NCBI GenBank assembly: GCA_044222065.1
Contig: JBGAOA010000026.1
Location: 1 to 53,216 of the forward strand
Length of the DNA stretch: 53,216 bases
From: Candidatus Eiseniibacteriota bacterium
Lineage (GTDB): Bacteria > Eisenbacteria > RBG-16-71-46
Direction: 5' to 3'
Below the pieces are notes generated by a model. The model did not search any database. It was given only the letters and a program-made list of their open reading frames with translations, and was not told the DNA's origin. Shown here piece after piece: positions 18,735 to 28,630 of this stretch (positions are counted from its first letter, which is position 1; each line of letters begins with the position of its first letter). The translations under genes were made by a program, and so were the position numbers.

Positions 18735-19724
18735 TCACGCGCCGCCTCCCGCCGCATCGAGCACCGTGCGGCGCACGATCACGGGCACCATCGCGCGGCG
18801 CCACTCGGCGTCGTACGGCACGTTGATGAGCGGCTGGCATTGCCGGTGCGCGAGATCGCCGATCGCGCGCGCGAGCGTGTCGTCGAGCGCGCGGTCGCGC
18901 GCGAGGTCGGCGACGCCGTTCACGGTGCGCGGCTTCGCCGCGATCGCGCTCACGACGAGCTTCGCATCGTCGCACGCGCCGTTCGCGAGCCGCGCCGCGA
19001 ACGCGACCGAGAGCATCGGGAAGTCGATGGACTTGCGCGGCCGCAGCTTCCGGTACGCGCTCGCGAGGCCGCGCGCGCGCGCGGGCACGAACACGCGCGT
19101 CACCACTTCGGCGGGCCCGAGGACGTTGTTGTGGATGCCGTCGCCGACGAAGAAGTCCTCGACGCGGATCGTGCGGCGGGCGCGCGCGGACGCGATCTCG
19201 ACCTCGGCGTCGAGGGCGATCAGCACGGGCGCGACGTCCGACGAGTGCGCCGCGACGCAGCGCCGGCCCTGCGGCACCACGTGGCAGCGCGTGCCGTCCT
19301 TCTTGAGGCAGAAGCCGAGTGATTCGCGCCAGAAGTGGGTCTGGTTGTAGTACGTGCAGCGCGTGTCGAGGCACAGGTTGCCCCCGAGCGTGCCCATGTT
19401 GCGGATCTGGGGCGAGGCCACCTGTCCGGCCGCCGAGGCGAGCGCCGGGAATTCCGCGCGCACGCGCGGTTCTGCGGCGAGCGCCGCGAGCGTCACGAGC
19501 GGGCCCAGGTGCAGGCCGTCGGCCTCGTGGCGCACGAACGACCACTCGCGAAGGTGCGCGATGGACACGAGATAGCGCGGCTCGTGCAGCCGGTGCTTGA
19601 GGTTCGGCACCGCGTCCGTGCCGCCCGCGACGACGAGGCTCTCGGCCGCGTGCGCGCCCAGGTGTTCGAGCAGCGCCCGCTCGTCCGCGGGCCGCACCCA
19701 TTCGAAGACCGGCAGCGTGAGCAC
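18735..19724 (-). CDS. Molybdoenzyme FAD-binding subunit with [4Fe-4S] insert (HcrB-like)
   Basis: VAGGTD, ASPQIRNMGTLGGNLC, Cys-rich insert DTRCTYYNQTHFWRESLGFCLKKDGTRCHVVPQGRRC; GTG 19724. Confidence 0.88.
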   Translation of the reverse strand: MLTLPVFEWVRPADERALLEHLGAHAAESLVVAGGTDAVPNLKHRLHEPRYLVSIAHLREWSFVRHEADGLHLGPLVTLAALAAEPRVRAEFPALASAAGQVASPQIRNMGTLGGNLCLDTRCTYYNQTHFWRESLGFCLKKDGTRCHVVPQGRRCVAAHSSDVAPVLIALDAEVEIASARARRTIRVEDFFVGDGIHNNVLGPAEVVTRVFVPARARGLASAYRKLRPRKSIDFPMLSVAFAARLANGACDDAKLVVSAIAAKPRTVNGVADLARDRALDDTLARAIGDLAHRQCQPLINVPYDAEWRRAMVPVIVRRTVLDAAGGGA

Positions 19725-19726
19725 GG

Positions 19727-22219
19727 TCAGCGCTCCGCGCGCGCGGCCACGCCGCGCGCCTGCTCGCGCGCCCGCGTCCAGGCCGCGCGCGCATCCGTCG
19801 CCCGCAGCGTCGCGAGCACGCGCGGCGGGTGGAACGGCAGCCGGTCGAGCCGCACGCCGATCGCGTCGTAGATCGCGTTCGCGATCGCCGGCACGCTCGG
19901 GTGGAGCGGCCCCTCGCCCGCTTCCTTCGCGCCGTACGGGCCCTCGGGATCCACGGACTCGACGATCAGCGACGACAGCTCGGGCGTGTCGAGCGACGTC
20001 GGGATGCGGTAGTCGAGCAGCGACGGACCGTGATGGAGCCCGGGGCCGTGTCCGGGCGCCGCGGGCTTGTACGCCTGCTCCTCCATGAGCGCCTCGGCGA
20101 ATCCCATGTAGGCGCTGCCCTCCATCTGGCCCTCGACCGTGACGGGATTGAGCGCGCGCCCGCAGTCGTGGGCGATCCAAATGCGCTTCACGTCCACGAA
20201 GCCGGTCTCGACGTCGCACTCGACCTCGACCGCGTGCGCGGTGAACGAGTACGCGGGCGAAGCGCCGATCGTGCCGCCGCGGTAGTCGCCGCCGAGCTTC
20301 GGGCTCTGGTACCAGCCGACGGCGCCGAGCGTGCCGTGGCGCGCCTCGGCGAGTTGGAACGCCTCCTTCACGCTCATCGCATCGCGCGCGGGCTCGGCGA
20401 CGTTGCACGCGACGCCGCCCGCGAGGCTCACCTGGCCCGCCGCGCAGCCCCAGCGCTCGGCGAGCGCGCCCGCGATGCGCGCGCGCAGCGTGCGTGCGGC
20501 GTCGAGGCACGCGTTCCCGCACATGAACGTCTCGCGGCTCGAGTAGCTGCCGAGGTCCACGGGCGTGAGATCGGTGTCGGCCGCGACGACGCGCACGTCG
20601 CCGAGTTCGAGCCCCAGTTCCTCGCACACGACGTACGCGAGCACCGAATCCGCACCCTGTCCGATGTCGGACACGCCGCAGAACACGGTCGCGCGCCCCG
20701 AGCGGTCGAGCTGCAGCTGCACCGCCGACTGCGGCATTTCGTTCGGATAGATGCAGTAGTTCGTGCCGCTGATGTACATGCTGCCGGCGACGCCGACGCC
20801 GCGGCCGTACGGGAGCTTCCGGAACTTGTCCTTCCACCCGCTCGCGGCCTCGATCCGGTCGAGGCACTCGAGGAAGCCGTTCGACGTGACGCGCATGCCG
20901 TTCACGGTGCGCGTGTTCGCGCCGATGAAGTTCTTCCGCCGCACCTCGATCGGGTCGAGGCCCACCTTCTCGGCCAGCTTGTCGAGCTGGCACTCGAACG
21001 CGAAGCGCGGCTGCACGGAGCCGTGACCGCGCTTCGGTCCGCAGCACGGCTTGTTCGTGAACACGCGCGTGGAATCGAAGCGGTAGGCCGGGAAGCGGTA
21101 CGGGGCCGTGAGCAGCTGGCCCGAGTAGTACGTCGTCACGAGCCCGAAGCTCGAGTACGCGCCGCCGTCGAGGTGGATCTTCGCCGCGACGCCCGTGAGC
21201 GTGCCGTCGCGCCGGATGCCGGTGCGGTAGCGCAGCCGCATCGGGTGCCGGCCGCGGTGCGCGTAGAACACCTCCTCGCGCGTGTAGAGCACCTTCACCG
21301 GGCGTCCCGTCGCCATGCTGAGCTTCGCCGCGCAGAACTCGAGCGAGAACGGCTCGCTCTTGCCCCCGAACGCGCCGCCCACGACGGGCTGGATCACGCG
21401 CACGCGCTGGGTCGGGAGCCCGAGCACCTTCGCGAGGTCGCGGTGCAGGTAATGCGCGACCTGCGTGCTCGACCACACGGTGAGGAAGCCCGTCGGGTCG
21501 AAGTCGGCGAGCGCGCAGTGGGGCTCGATCGGCGCGTGCGTCGAGCCCTCGTACCAGTACTCGCACTCGACGCTCTCGTCGCTCGCCGCGAGTTCGCTTT
21601 CGACGTCGCCGAACTCGAGCAGCACGTGCTTCGAGACGTTGCCGTCGCCCGAGTCCTCGTGGATCCTCCATTCGGGGTGCTCGAGCGCCTCCTCGATGCC
21701 GGTGACGGCGGGCAGCACTTCGTACTCGACCCGGATCGCGCGCAGCGCCTCCTCGGCGAGCCGCTCGCTGTCGGCCGCGACGGCGGCGACCGCGTCGCCG
21801 ACGTAGCGCACCTTCGTCTCGCACAGCGCCTGCTCGTCCTCGGTCCACGGGATGATTCCGAAGCGCGCTGGCAGGTCCTTGCCCGTGATGACCGCGTGCA
21901 CGCCGGGCGTCGCGAGCGCGGCACTCGCGTCGATCGAGACGATGCGCGCGTGCGCGTGCGGGCTGCGCTTGAGCTTCGCGTGCAGCATGCGCGGCAGGCT
22001 CAGGTCGTCGGTGTAGAGCGCCCGGCCCGTGACCTTCGCGACGCCTTCGACCTTGCGGTTGCGCTTGCCGATGACCGAGAACGCGCCGCCGTTCGGCGGT
22101 CCCGCGCGCCCCCCCTCCCACGCGGGCGGCGTGAGCCGGTCGGCGCGCGGCATCTGGCGGCCGCCCGGGACTTCCATCGCGCGCTTCGCGTCGCGCGCGC
22201 CGTCGCGCTCGTCCGTCAT
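19727..22219 (-). CDS. Xanthine-oxidase-family molybdopterin-binding subunit (HcrA-like)
   Basis: KVTGRALYTDD, RSPHAHARI, HAPIEPH, GGAFGGK, KRGHG, IGQG, SYSSR, GQMEG, GAKEAGEG (catalytic Glu), IANAIYDA. ATG 22219. Confidence 0.92.
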   Translation of the reverse strand: MTDERDGARDAKRAMEVPGGRQMPRADRLTPPAWEGGRAGPPNGGAFSVIGKRNRKVEGVAKVTGRALYTDDLSLPRMLHAKLKRSPHAHARIVSIDASAALATPGVHAVITGKDLPARFGIIPWTEDEQALCETKVRYVGDAVAAVAADSERLAEEALRAIRVEYEVLPAVTGIEEALEHPEWRIHEDSGDGNVSKHVLLEFGDVESELAASDESVECEYWYEGSTHAPIEPHCALADFDPTGFLTVWSSTQVAHYLHRDLAKVLGLPTQRVRVIQPVVGGAFGGKSEPFSLEFCAAKLSMATGRPVKVLYTREEVFYAHRGRHPMRLRYRTGIRRDGTLTGVAAKIHLDGGAYSSFGLVTTYYSGQLLTAPYRFPAYRFDSTRVFTNKPCCGPKRGHGSVQPRFAFECQLDKLAEKVGLDPIEVRRKNFIGANTRTVNGMRVTSNGFLECLDRIEAASGWKDKFRKLPYGRGVGVAGSMYISGTNYCIYPNEMPQSAVQLQLDRSGRATVFCGVSDIGQGADSVLAYVVCEELGLELGDVRVVAADTDLTPVDLGSYSSRETFMCGNACLDAARTLRARIAGALAERWGCAAGQVSLAGGVACNVAEPARDAMSVKEAFQLAEARHGTLGAVGWYQSPKLGGDYRGGTIGASPAYSFTAHAVEVECDVETGFVDVKRIWIAHDCGRALNPVTVEGQMEGSAYMGFAEALMEEQAYKPAAPGHGPGLHHGPSLLDYRIPTSLDTPELSSLIVESVDPEGPYGAKEAGEGPLHPSVPAIANAIYDAIGVRLDRLPFHPPRVLATLRATDARAAWTRAREQARGVAARAER

Positions 22220-22704
22220 CGCCCGCCCTCGCGCAGCCTTCGCGCCGCGAGTTCGACGGCCTCGAAGATCTTCGTGTACCCGGTGCAGCGGCACAGGTTG
22301 CCCGCGAGCGCGGCGGCGATCTCGTCGCGCGTCGGATCCGGGTTGCGTTCGAGCAGCGCGAGCGCGCTCATCAGGACGCCGGGCGTGCAGAAGCCGCACT
22401 GCGCTCCGCCCGTCACGTCGAACGCGTCCTGCAGCGGGTGCAGGCGGCCGCCGGCCGCAACGCCCTCGAGCGTGCGGATCTCGCGGCCTTCGGCCGCGAG
22501 CGCGAGCGACAGGCAGGCGAGCACCGGCGCGCCGTCCACGAGCACCGTGCAGGCGCCGCAGTCGCCCTTGTCGCAGCCCTGCTTGCTGCCCGTCAGGCCG
22601 AGCCCGTAGCGCAGCGCCTCGAGCAGCGTCGTGTGCGGCGTCACGGCGCACTCGCGGGCCTCGCCGTTCACGCGCAGCCGGCAGACGATGGTCGTGGATT
22701 CCAC
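22216..22704 (-). CDS. Molybdoenzyme [2Fe-2S] small subunit (HcrC/CoxS-like)
   Basis: GSKQGCDKGDCGACTV...AC, QCGFCTPG, GNLCRCTGY; GTG 22704. Confidence 0.92.
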   Translation of the reverse strand: MESTTIVCRLRVNGEARECAVTPHTTLLEALRYGLGLTGSKQGCDKGDCGACTVLVDGAPVLACLSLALAAEGREIRTLEGVAAGGRLHPLQDAFDVTGGAQCGFCTPGVLMSALALLERNPDPTRDEIAAALAGNLCRCTGYTKIFEAVELAARRLREGGR

Positions 22705-22744
22705 GCGAGGGCCCTCGGGAGCGAGCGGGGATGAGCGAGCGGCG

Positions 22745-22847
22745 ATTGAAACGGCTCCCCCCAAGCGCTGTCAAAGCGCGGGCGCATCGCGACGCGAGGT
22801 CGCGTCGGACGATTCGCCTTGCCGGCCCGCGAGTCCGCGGCGACAAT
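22745..22847. promoter_or_regulatory. Divergent putative sigma70 promoters (molybdoenzyme operon and FAD oxidoreductase)
   Basis: Minus strand TTGACA-N18-TTCAAT (22774..22745); plus strand TTGCCG-N17-GACAAT (22819..22847). Confidence 0.45.
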
Positions 22848-22856
22848 CCCGCGCCC

Positions 22857-24107
22857 ATGACACACACCCCGCCTCGCAACGAACCCGTGTGGCGCGAAGC
22901 CGCCTCGCTCGTCGTGCCGACGTTCAACGGCACGCTCGACGCGGACGTGCTCGTGATCGGCGGCGGCATCACCGGACTCACGCTCGCCTGGACGCTCGTC
23001 GAGTCCGGCGCGGTCGTCGGCCTGTTCGAGGCCGAGGACCTCGCGGGCGCCGCGAGCGGCCGCAACGCCGGCTTCCTCATGGCCGCGGCCGCCGAACCCT
23101 ACGAGGAGCAGATCGCGTTCTGGGGCCGCGCGGGCGCGCGCGCCGTGACCGAGATCGGCCGCCGGACGCACCGCCGCGTGAAGCAGCTCGTGGATCAGCT
23201 CGGCATCGAATGCGAGTACGCGCCGAGCGGCAGCCTGCGCCTCACGCGCACCGAGGAAGAGAGCGAGGAGCATCGCGCCTCGATCCCCCTGCTCAAGGCC
23301 GACGGCTTCACGATGCGCGAGGTCCCGCTCGCCGACGCGGTGCCGCCCGAAGTCGCGGGCGGGTTCCACGCGGCGTTCCTCTCGCCCGAGGACGGCGAGA
23401 TCCACCCGGTGCGCTTCCTCGAAGGGCTCGCGCGCGCGTCGCTGCAGCGCGGCGCGAAGCTCTTCAGCCACTCCCCCGTCACGACGGCGCGGTGGTCCGG
23501 CGGCCTGTGGGAGCTGCGGATCGGCTCCGGCGTCGCGCGCGCGCGCACGCTCGTGCTCGCGAGCAACGCCTGGGCGCCTCGTCTCTGTCCCGAACTGGAG
23601 CCGATCATCGTGCCGCGGCGCGGGCAGATGCTCTCGACGGCGCCGATCGGACGGAAGGTCGCGATCGCGCCGACGTACGCGCACTACGGCTACCAGTACT
23701 GGCGGCAGCTCCCCGACGGACGGCTCGTGATCGGCGGCTGGCGCGACCTCGACCCGGACGGCGAAGTGGGCTACTCGGTCGAGACGAACGAGCGCATCCA
23801 GGGAGCGATCGAGTCGGGCCTCCGCGAGCTCGTTCCCGAGGGCGTGGCGGTCGAACGCCGCTGGGCCGGCACGATGGCGTTCGCGCGCGACGGCCGGCCG
23901 CTCGTCGGCTGGCTCGACGCGGCGCACCACCTCGCGGTGTGCGCGGGCTACACGGGGCACGGCATGGGCATGGCGGCCGCGTGCACGCAGGATCTCGCGC
24001 TGCTGCTCGACTGGAAGCCCGCGCCCGGCATCGCGAGCTTCGATCCCGCGCGCTTCGGCGACCTGCGCGTCACGACGACCGGGCTGACGACGCTCGGAGC
24101 GCGCTGA
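22857..24107 (+). CDS. FAD-dependent oxidoreductase (DAO/PuuB-like)
   Basis: DVLVIGGGITG, AASGRNAG, EIHPVRF, RRWAG, GYTGHGMG; ATG 22857. Confidence 0.88.
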   Translation: MTHTPPRNEPVWREAASLVVPTFNGTLDADVLVIGGGITGLTLAWTLVESGAVVGLFEAEDLAGAASGRNAGFLMAAAAEPYEEQIAFWGRAGARAVTEIGRRTHRRVKQLVDQLGIECEYAPSGSLRLTRTEEESEEHRASIPLLKADGFTMREVPLADAVPPEVAGGFHAAFLSPEDGEIHPVRFLEGLARASLQRGAKLFSHSPVTTARWSGGLWELRIGSGVARARTLVLASNAWAPRLCPELEPIIVPRRGQMLSTAPIGRKVAIAPTYAHYGYQYWRQLPDGRLVIGGWRDLDPDGEVGYSVETNERIQGAIESGLRELVPEGVAVERRWAGTMAFARDGRPLVGWLDAAHHLAVCAGYTGHGMGMAAACTQDLALLLDWKPAPGIASFDPARFGDLRVTTTGLTTLGAR

Positions 24108-24240
24108 AGGACCCGGCGGCGTCCGGGCGCGCACCGATCCGGGAACGCGGCCGGCGAGCGCGCGGCGCGCCTCGCGCGGGCGTGGCCTCCCGCGCCCGAG
24201 ACGACGCGGTCGCCCGATGCGATCGGACCCGTCCGAGCGT

Positions 24241-24269
24241 TTTCGGGGCCCGCGATCGCCCGCTATACT
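24241..24269 (+). promoter_or_regulatory. Putative sigma70 promoter of fba-fbp
   Basis: TTTCGG-N17-TATACT in the 244-bp intergenic region. Confidence 0.4.
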
Positions 24270-24351
24270 GCCGCCGCGAATCTCGTCCCACTCGCTCGCC
24301 CGTCCCCAAGGCCCGCGCCGCACACGGCCGAGAAGGAGCCACGAAGGCCCC

Positions 24352-25746
24352 ATGGAACTCAAGAACCTCGACGAAGTCCGTCACGCCACCGCCGCCCTCG
24401 CCTCGGGCAACCCCGACGCCCTCGACCGTCTCGTGTGGACGGGCGTCTTCGGGAGCGCCGAACTCAAGTCCGCCGCCCGCGCCGCCGTCTACGCCCAGGC
24501 CCAGTCGAGCGGCGTCTACCCGGCCAGCATCCACGGGCTCTACATCGCGCGCGGCAAGGGCGAGGCTCCGGCCACGTTCACCGTCCCCGCGATCAACATC
24601 CGCGGCATCGCCTACGACACCGCCCGCGCGCTGTTCCGCGCGCGCAAGACGCTCGACGCCGGCGCCGTGATCTGCGAGATCGCGCGCTCCGAGATCAGCT
24701 ACACGGACCAGCGCCCGGCGGAATACACGTTCGTGCTGATCGCCGCCGCGCTGCGCGAGGGCTGGAAGGGCCCGGTGTTCCTGCAGGGCGACCACTTCCA
24801 GATCAACGCGAAGAAGTACGCCGCGGACCCCGCGGCCGAACTCAAGACCGTGAAGGACATCACGGCCGAGGCGCTGCAGGCGGGCTTCTACAACATCGAC
24901 GTGGACACCTCGACGCTCGTGGACCTGTCGAAGAGCGGCCACGAGGCGCAGCAGCAGTTGAACGGCGAGCTGTGCGCCGACATCACCGCGTTCATCCGCG
25001 CCCACGAGCCGAAGGGCATCACGGTGTCCGTGGGCGGCGAGATCGGCGAGGTCGGCGGCAAGAACTCGACGGCCGAGGAGCTGACCGCGTTCATGGACGT
25101 CTACAACCGCGCGCTGCAGAAGGCCGCGCCGGGGAAGCCGGGCCTGTCGAAGATCTCGATCCAGACCGGCACCTCGCACGGCGGAGTGCCGCTTCCGGAC
25201 GGCACGATCGCGACCGTGAAGCTCGACTTCGACACGCTCGCGGCGCTCTCGAAGCTGTCGCGCGAGAAGTACGGCCTCGCGGGCGCGGTCCAGCACGGCG
25301 CCTCGACGCTGCCGGCCGACCTGTTCGACCAGTTCCCGAAGCGCGGCGCGTGCGAGATCCATCTCGCGACCGAGTTCCAGAACATGATCTTCGACCACCC
25401 GGCGTTCCCCGCCGACTTGAAGCAGGCGATCTACGCGAAGCTGCGCGAGACCGACGCGGGCGAGCGCAAGCCGACCGACACCGACGAGCAGTTCTTCTAC
25501 AAGACGCGCAAGAAGGCGCTCGGCGGCTGGAAGCGCGAGCTGTGGTCAATGCCCGCGAGCGTCCGCGCCGCGATCGGCAAGTCGCTCGAGGACAAGTTCG
25601 TCTTCCTGCTCACGAAGCTCGCCGCGGGCGGCACGCGCGCGGTGGCCGAAAGGCACGCGCCGTTCGTTCCCGGCACCTTCCCGATCGAGAGTTCGGCCGT
25701 CCACGCCGGCAAGGGCGCCGAGGACGTGACCGGACTCTCCGACTGA
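24352..25746 (+). CDS. fba: Class II fructose-bisphosphate aldolase (long form)
   Basis: TVPAINIR, QGDHFQ, NIDVDTS, GGEIGEVG, GTSHGG, VQHGAS; ATG 24352; adjacent to fbp. Confidence 0.85.
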   Translation: MELKNLDEVRHATAALASGNPDALDRLVWTGVFGSAELKSAARAAVYAQAQSSGVYPASIHGLYIARGKGEAPATFTVPAINIRGIAYDTARALFRARKTLDAGAVICEIARSEISYTDQRPAEYTFVLIAAALREGWKGPVFLQGDHFQINAKKYAADPAAELKTVKDITAEALQAGFYNIDVDTSTLVDLSKSGHEAQQQLNGELCADITAFIRAHEPKGITVSVGGEIGEVGGKNSTAEELTAFMDVYNRALQKAAPGKPGLSKISIQTGTSHGGVPLPDGTIATVKLDFDTLAALSKLSREKYGLAGAVQHGASTLPADLFDQFPKRGACEIHLATEFQNMIFDHPAFPADLKQAIYAKLRETDAGERKPTDTDEQFFYKTRKKALGGWKRELWSMPASVRAAIGKSLEDKFVFLLTKLAAGGTRAVAERHAPFVPGTFPIESSAVHAGKGAEDVTGLSD

Positions 25747-25753
25747 GGTCCGC

Positions 25754-26785
<1,032 letters not shown>

Positions 26786-26840
26786 CGAGGGTCTGCGGTG
26801 GCGGCGTGGCGACCCCGACGCCCGGTCGTCCGGGTGGCGC

Positions 26841-27290
26841 CTAGTCGCCGGCCGGCCACAGCGACGAGACGCGCCAGCGGATCTCGTCGCGCACGTCGCG
26901 GAACGCTTGCAGCGAATCGTCCTCCGCGGCCGCGGCCGGGTCCGGAAGCGGCCAGTGGACGCGGCGCACGATCGGCGAGATCGCGGGACACACGTCCTTG
27001 CCCTCGCCGCACAGCGTCACGATCGTGTCGGCGTCGCGCCACGGCACCTCGTCGAGCAGCTTCGAGCGCTGGCCCGCGATGTCGAGGCCGACCTCGGCCA
27101 TGACCTCGATCGCGCGCGGATGGAGCCCGCGCGGCTCCGTGCCCGCGCTCCACACCTCGACGTCGGGCGGCGCCATCGAGCGCGCGAGCCCTTCGGCCAT
27201 CTGGCTGCGGGCCGAATTGTGGACACACACGAACACGACGCGGCGCGGCGGGTTCGTGACGAAGGCGGGCGGCAGGACGATCTCGTTCAT
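26841..27290 (-). CDS. arsC: Arsenate reductase ArsC (thioredoxin-coupled, LMW-PTP fold)
   Basis: FVCVHNSARSQMAE P-loop, SAGT, TLCGEGKDVCP (two resolving Cys), HWPLPDP; ATG 27290. Confidence 0.85.
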   Translation of the reverse strand: MNEIVLPPAFVTNPPRRVVFVCVHNSARSQMAEGLARSMAPPDVEVWSAGTEPRGLHPRAIEVMAEVGLDIAGQRSKLLDEVPWRDADTIVTLCGEGKDVCPAISPIVRRVHWPLPDPAAAAEDDSLQAFRDVRDEIRWRVSSLWPAGD

Positions 27291-27499
27291 GGCGGCTCCC
27301 GGGGGGAATCGGCGTGGGGCGCGCACGCTAGCCGCGCCGGAGGCCGCCGGCAAGGCGAGCGTCCCCCGCGGCCCGGGCCCCGAACCCGGCCGGGAGCGCC
27401 GGCCTTGAGGGATTCCGAACACGCGGCCGCGTTTCCGTCGTCAGAATCGCCGCCCATCGGACCAACCCTTCCCCTCGTTCCGGCCACCAAGGGGTGCAC

Positions 27500-28054
27500 A
27501 TGAAGCCGCCGCGAGACCGCGAGGACCGCGAGTTGTGTGACGCGATCGTCCGTTCGGGAGACGAACGGGCGTTTCGAGAGCTGTACCGGCGTCACTCTCC
27601 CGCGATCTACCAGCTCGTGTTGCGCGTCGTCGGAGGCGTGACGACGGACGCGGAGGACGTCGTGCAGGAAGCGTGGATCCGGGCCGTGAGACAGCTCGCG
27701 AACTTCCGCTGGGAGTCGAGCCTTCGCACCTGGCTGTCGGCGATCGCGCTCAACCTGTCGCGCGAAGTGCTCCGCAAGCGGGCGCGCGCCGCCACCGAAG
27801 AACTCCCCGAGAACATTCCGGTCGCCGCGGCCACGGTTCGCGACGGCGACCGCGTGGACCTGGAGCGCGCGATCGCGCGGCTGCCCGAGGGCTACCGCAC
27901 GGTGCTCGTGCTCCACGATCTCGAAGGCTACACGCACGAAGAAATCAGCCGTCACCTGCAGATCGCGGTCGGCACGTCGAAGAGCCAGCTGTTCGACGCG
28001 CGGCGCGCGATCCGGGCGATGCTCCAATGGAAACCGGAGGCTCGACATGCCTGA
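27500..28054 (+). CDS. ECF RNA polymerase sigma factor
   Basis: GDERAFRELYRRH, AEDVVQEAW, SLRTWL, LPEGYRTVLVLHDLEGYTHEEIS...GTSKSQLFDAR. Confidence 0.93.
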   Translation: MKPPRDREDRELCDAIVRSGDERAFRELYRRHSPAIYQLVLRVVGGVTTDAEDVVQEAWIRAVRQLANFRWESSLRTWLSAIALNLSREVLRKRARAATEELPENIPVAAATVRDGDRVDLERAIARLPEGYRTVLVLHDLEGYTHEEISRHLQIAVGTSKSQLFDARRAIRAMLQWKPEARHA

Positions 28055-28616
28055 CCACGACGACCTGACGCACGAGGAGCGCGAGCACTTCTCGCGGCTT
28101 CCGCGCGAATCCTCTCCCCCGCGCGCGCTCGAAGAGCGCGTCGTGATGGCGCTGCGCCGCGAAGGTCTGCTGCACGCCGCCGAACCGCTGCGAATCGTGT
28201 TCCGACCGGCGTGGATCGCGGCGGCCGCGGCGGCCTGCGTCGCGATCTTCGCCGGCGGGTTCGCGCTCGGCGGCTGGGTCGAATCGCGCCACACGACCGA
28301 CCTGCTCGCGACGCTGCACGAGAAGGATTCGGCGAACGCGGCCGCGGCCGCCGCCGCGGTGCAGCGCACGGGCTCCGCATACGTCGCCGCGCTCGCCGCG
28401 CTCGCCGCCGTGTCGGACACGTCGCACAGCTCGAACCTCTCTCAGGGCCGCGAGGTCGCGGTCAACGCGCTGCACGCCGCCGCCAACGAACTCGTGCGTC
28501 TCGCCCCGGACGATCCCGTCGCCGTGCGCATCCTGCAGGGCATGGCGGGCGACGAGGCGCGCACCCCCGGAAACGCGACCGCCGGCGCGACCCCGCGCCG
28601 CACGGTCTGGTACTAG
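28047..28616 (+). CDS. Putative membrane-anchored anti-sigma factor
   Basis: Overlaps the sigma stop; short cytoplasmic N-terminus (PPRALEERV), single TM (WIAAAAAACVAIFAGGFALG), helical C-terminus. Confidence 0.65.
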   Translation: MPDHDDLTHEEREHFSRLPRESSPPRALEERVVMALRREGLLHAAEPLRIVFRPAWIAAAAAACVAIFAGGFALGGWVESRHTTDLLATLHEKDSANAAAAAAAVQRTGSAYVAALAALAAVSDTSHSSNLSQGREVAVNALHAAANELVRLAPDDPVAVRILQGMAGDEARTPGNATAGATPRRTVWY

Positions 28617-28630
28617 GAGGAACGGTGACG

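Noticed and set aside
19727..22219. Aerobic CO dehydrogenase (CoxL) call
   Set aside because: No AYxCSFR or AYxGAGR active-site motif; the loop reads PKRGHG and the gene order is S-L-M.
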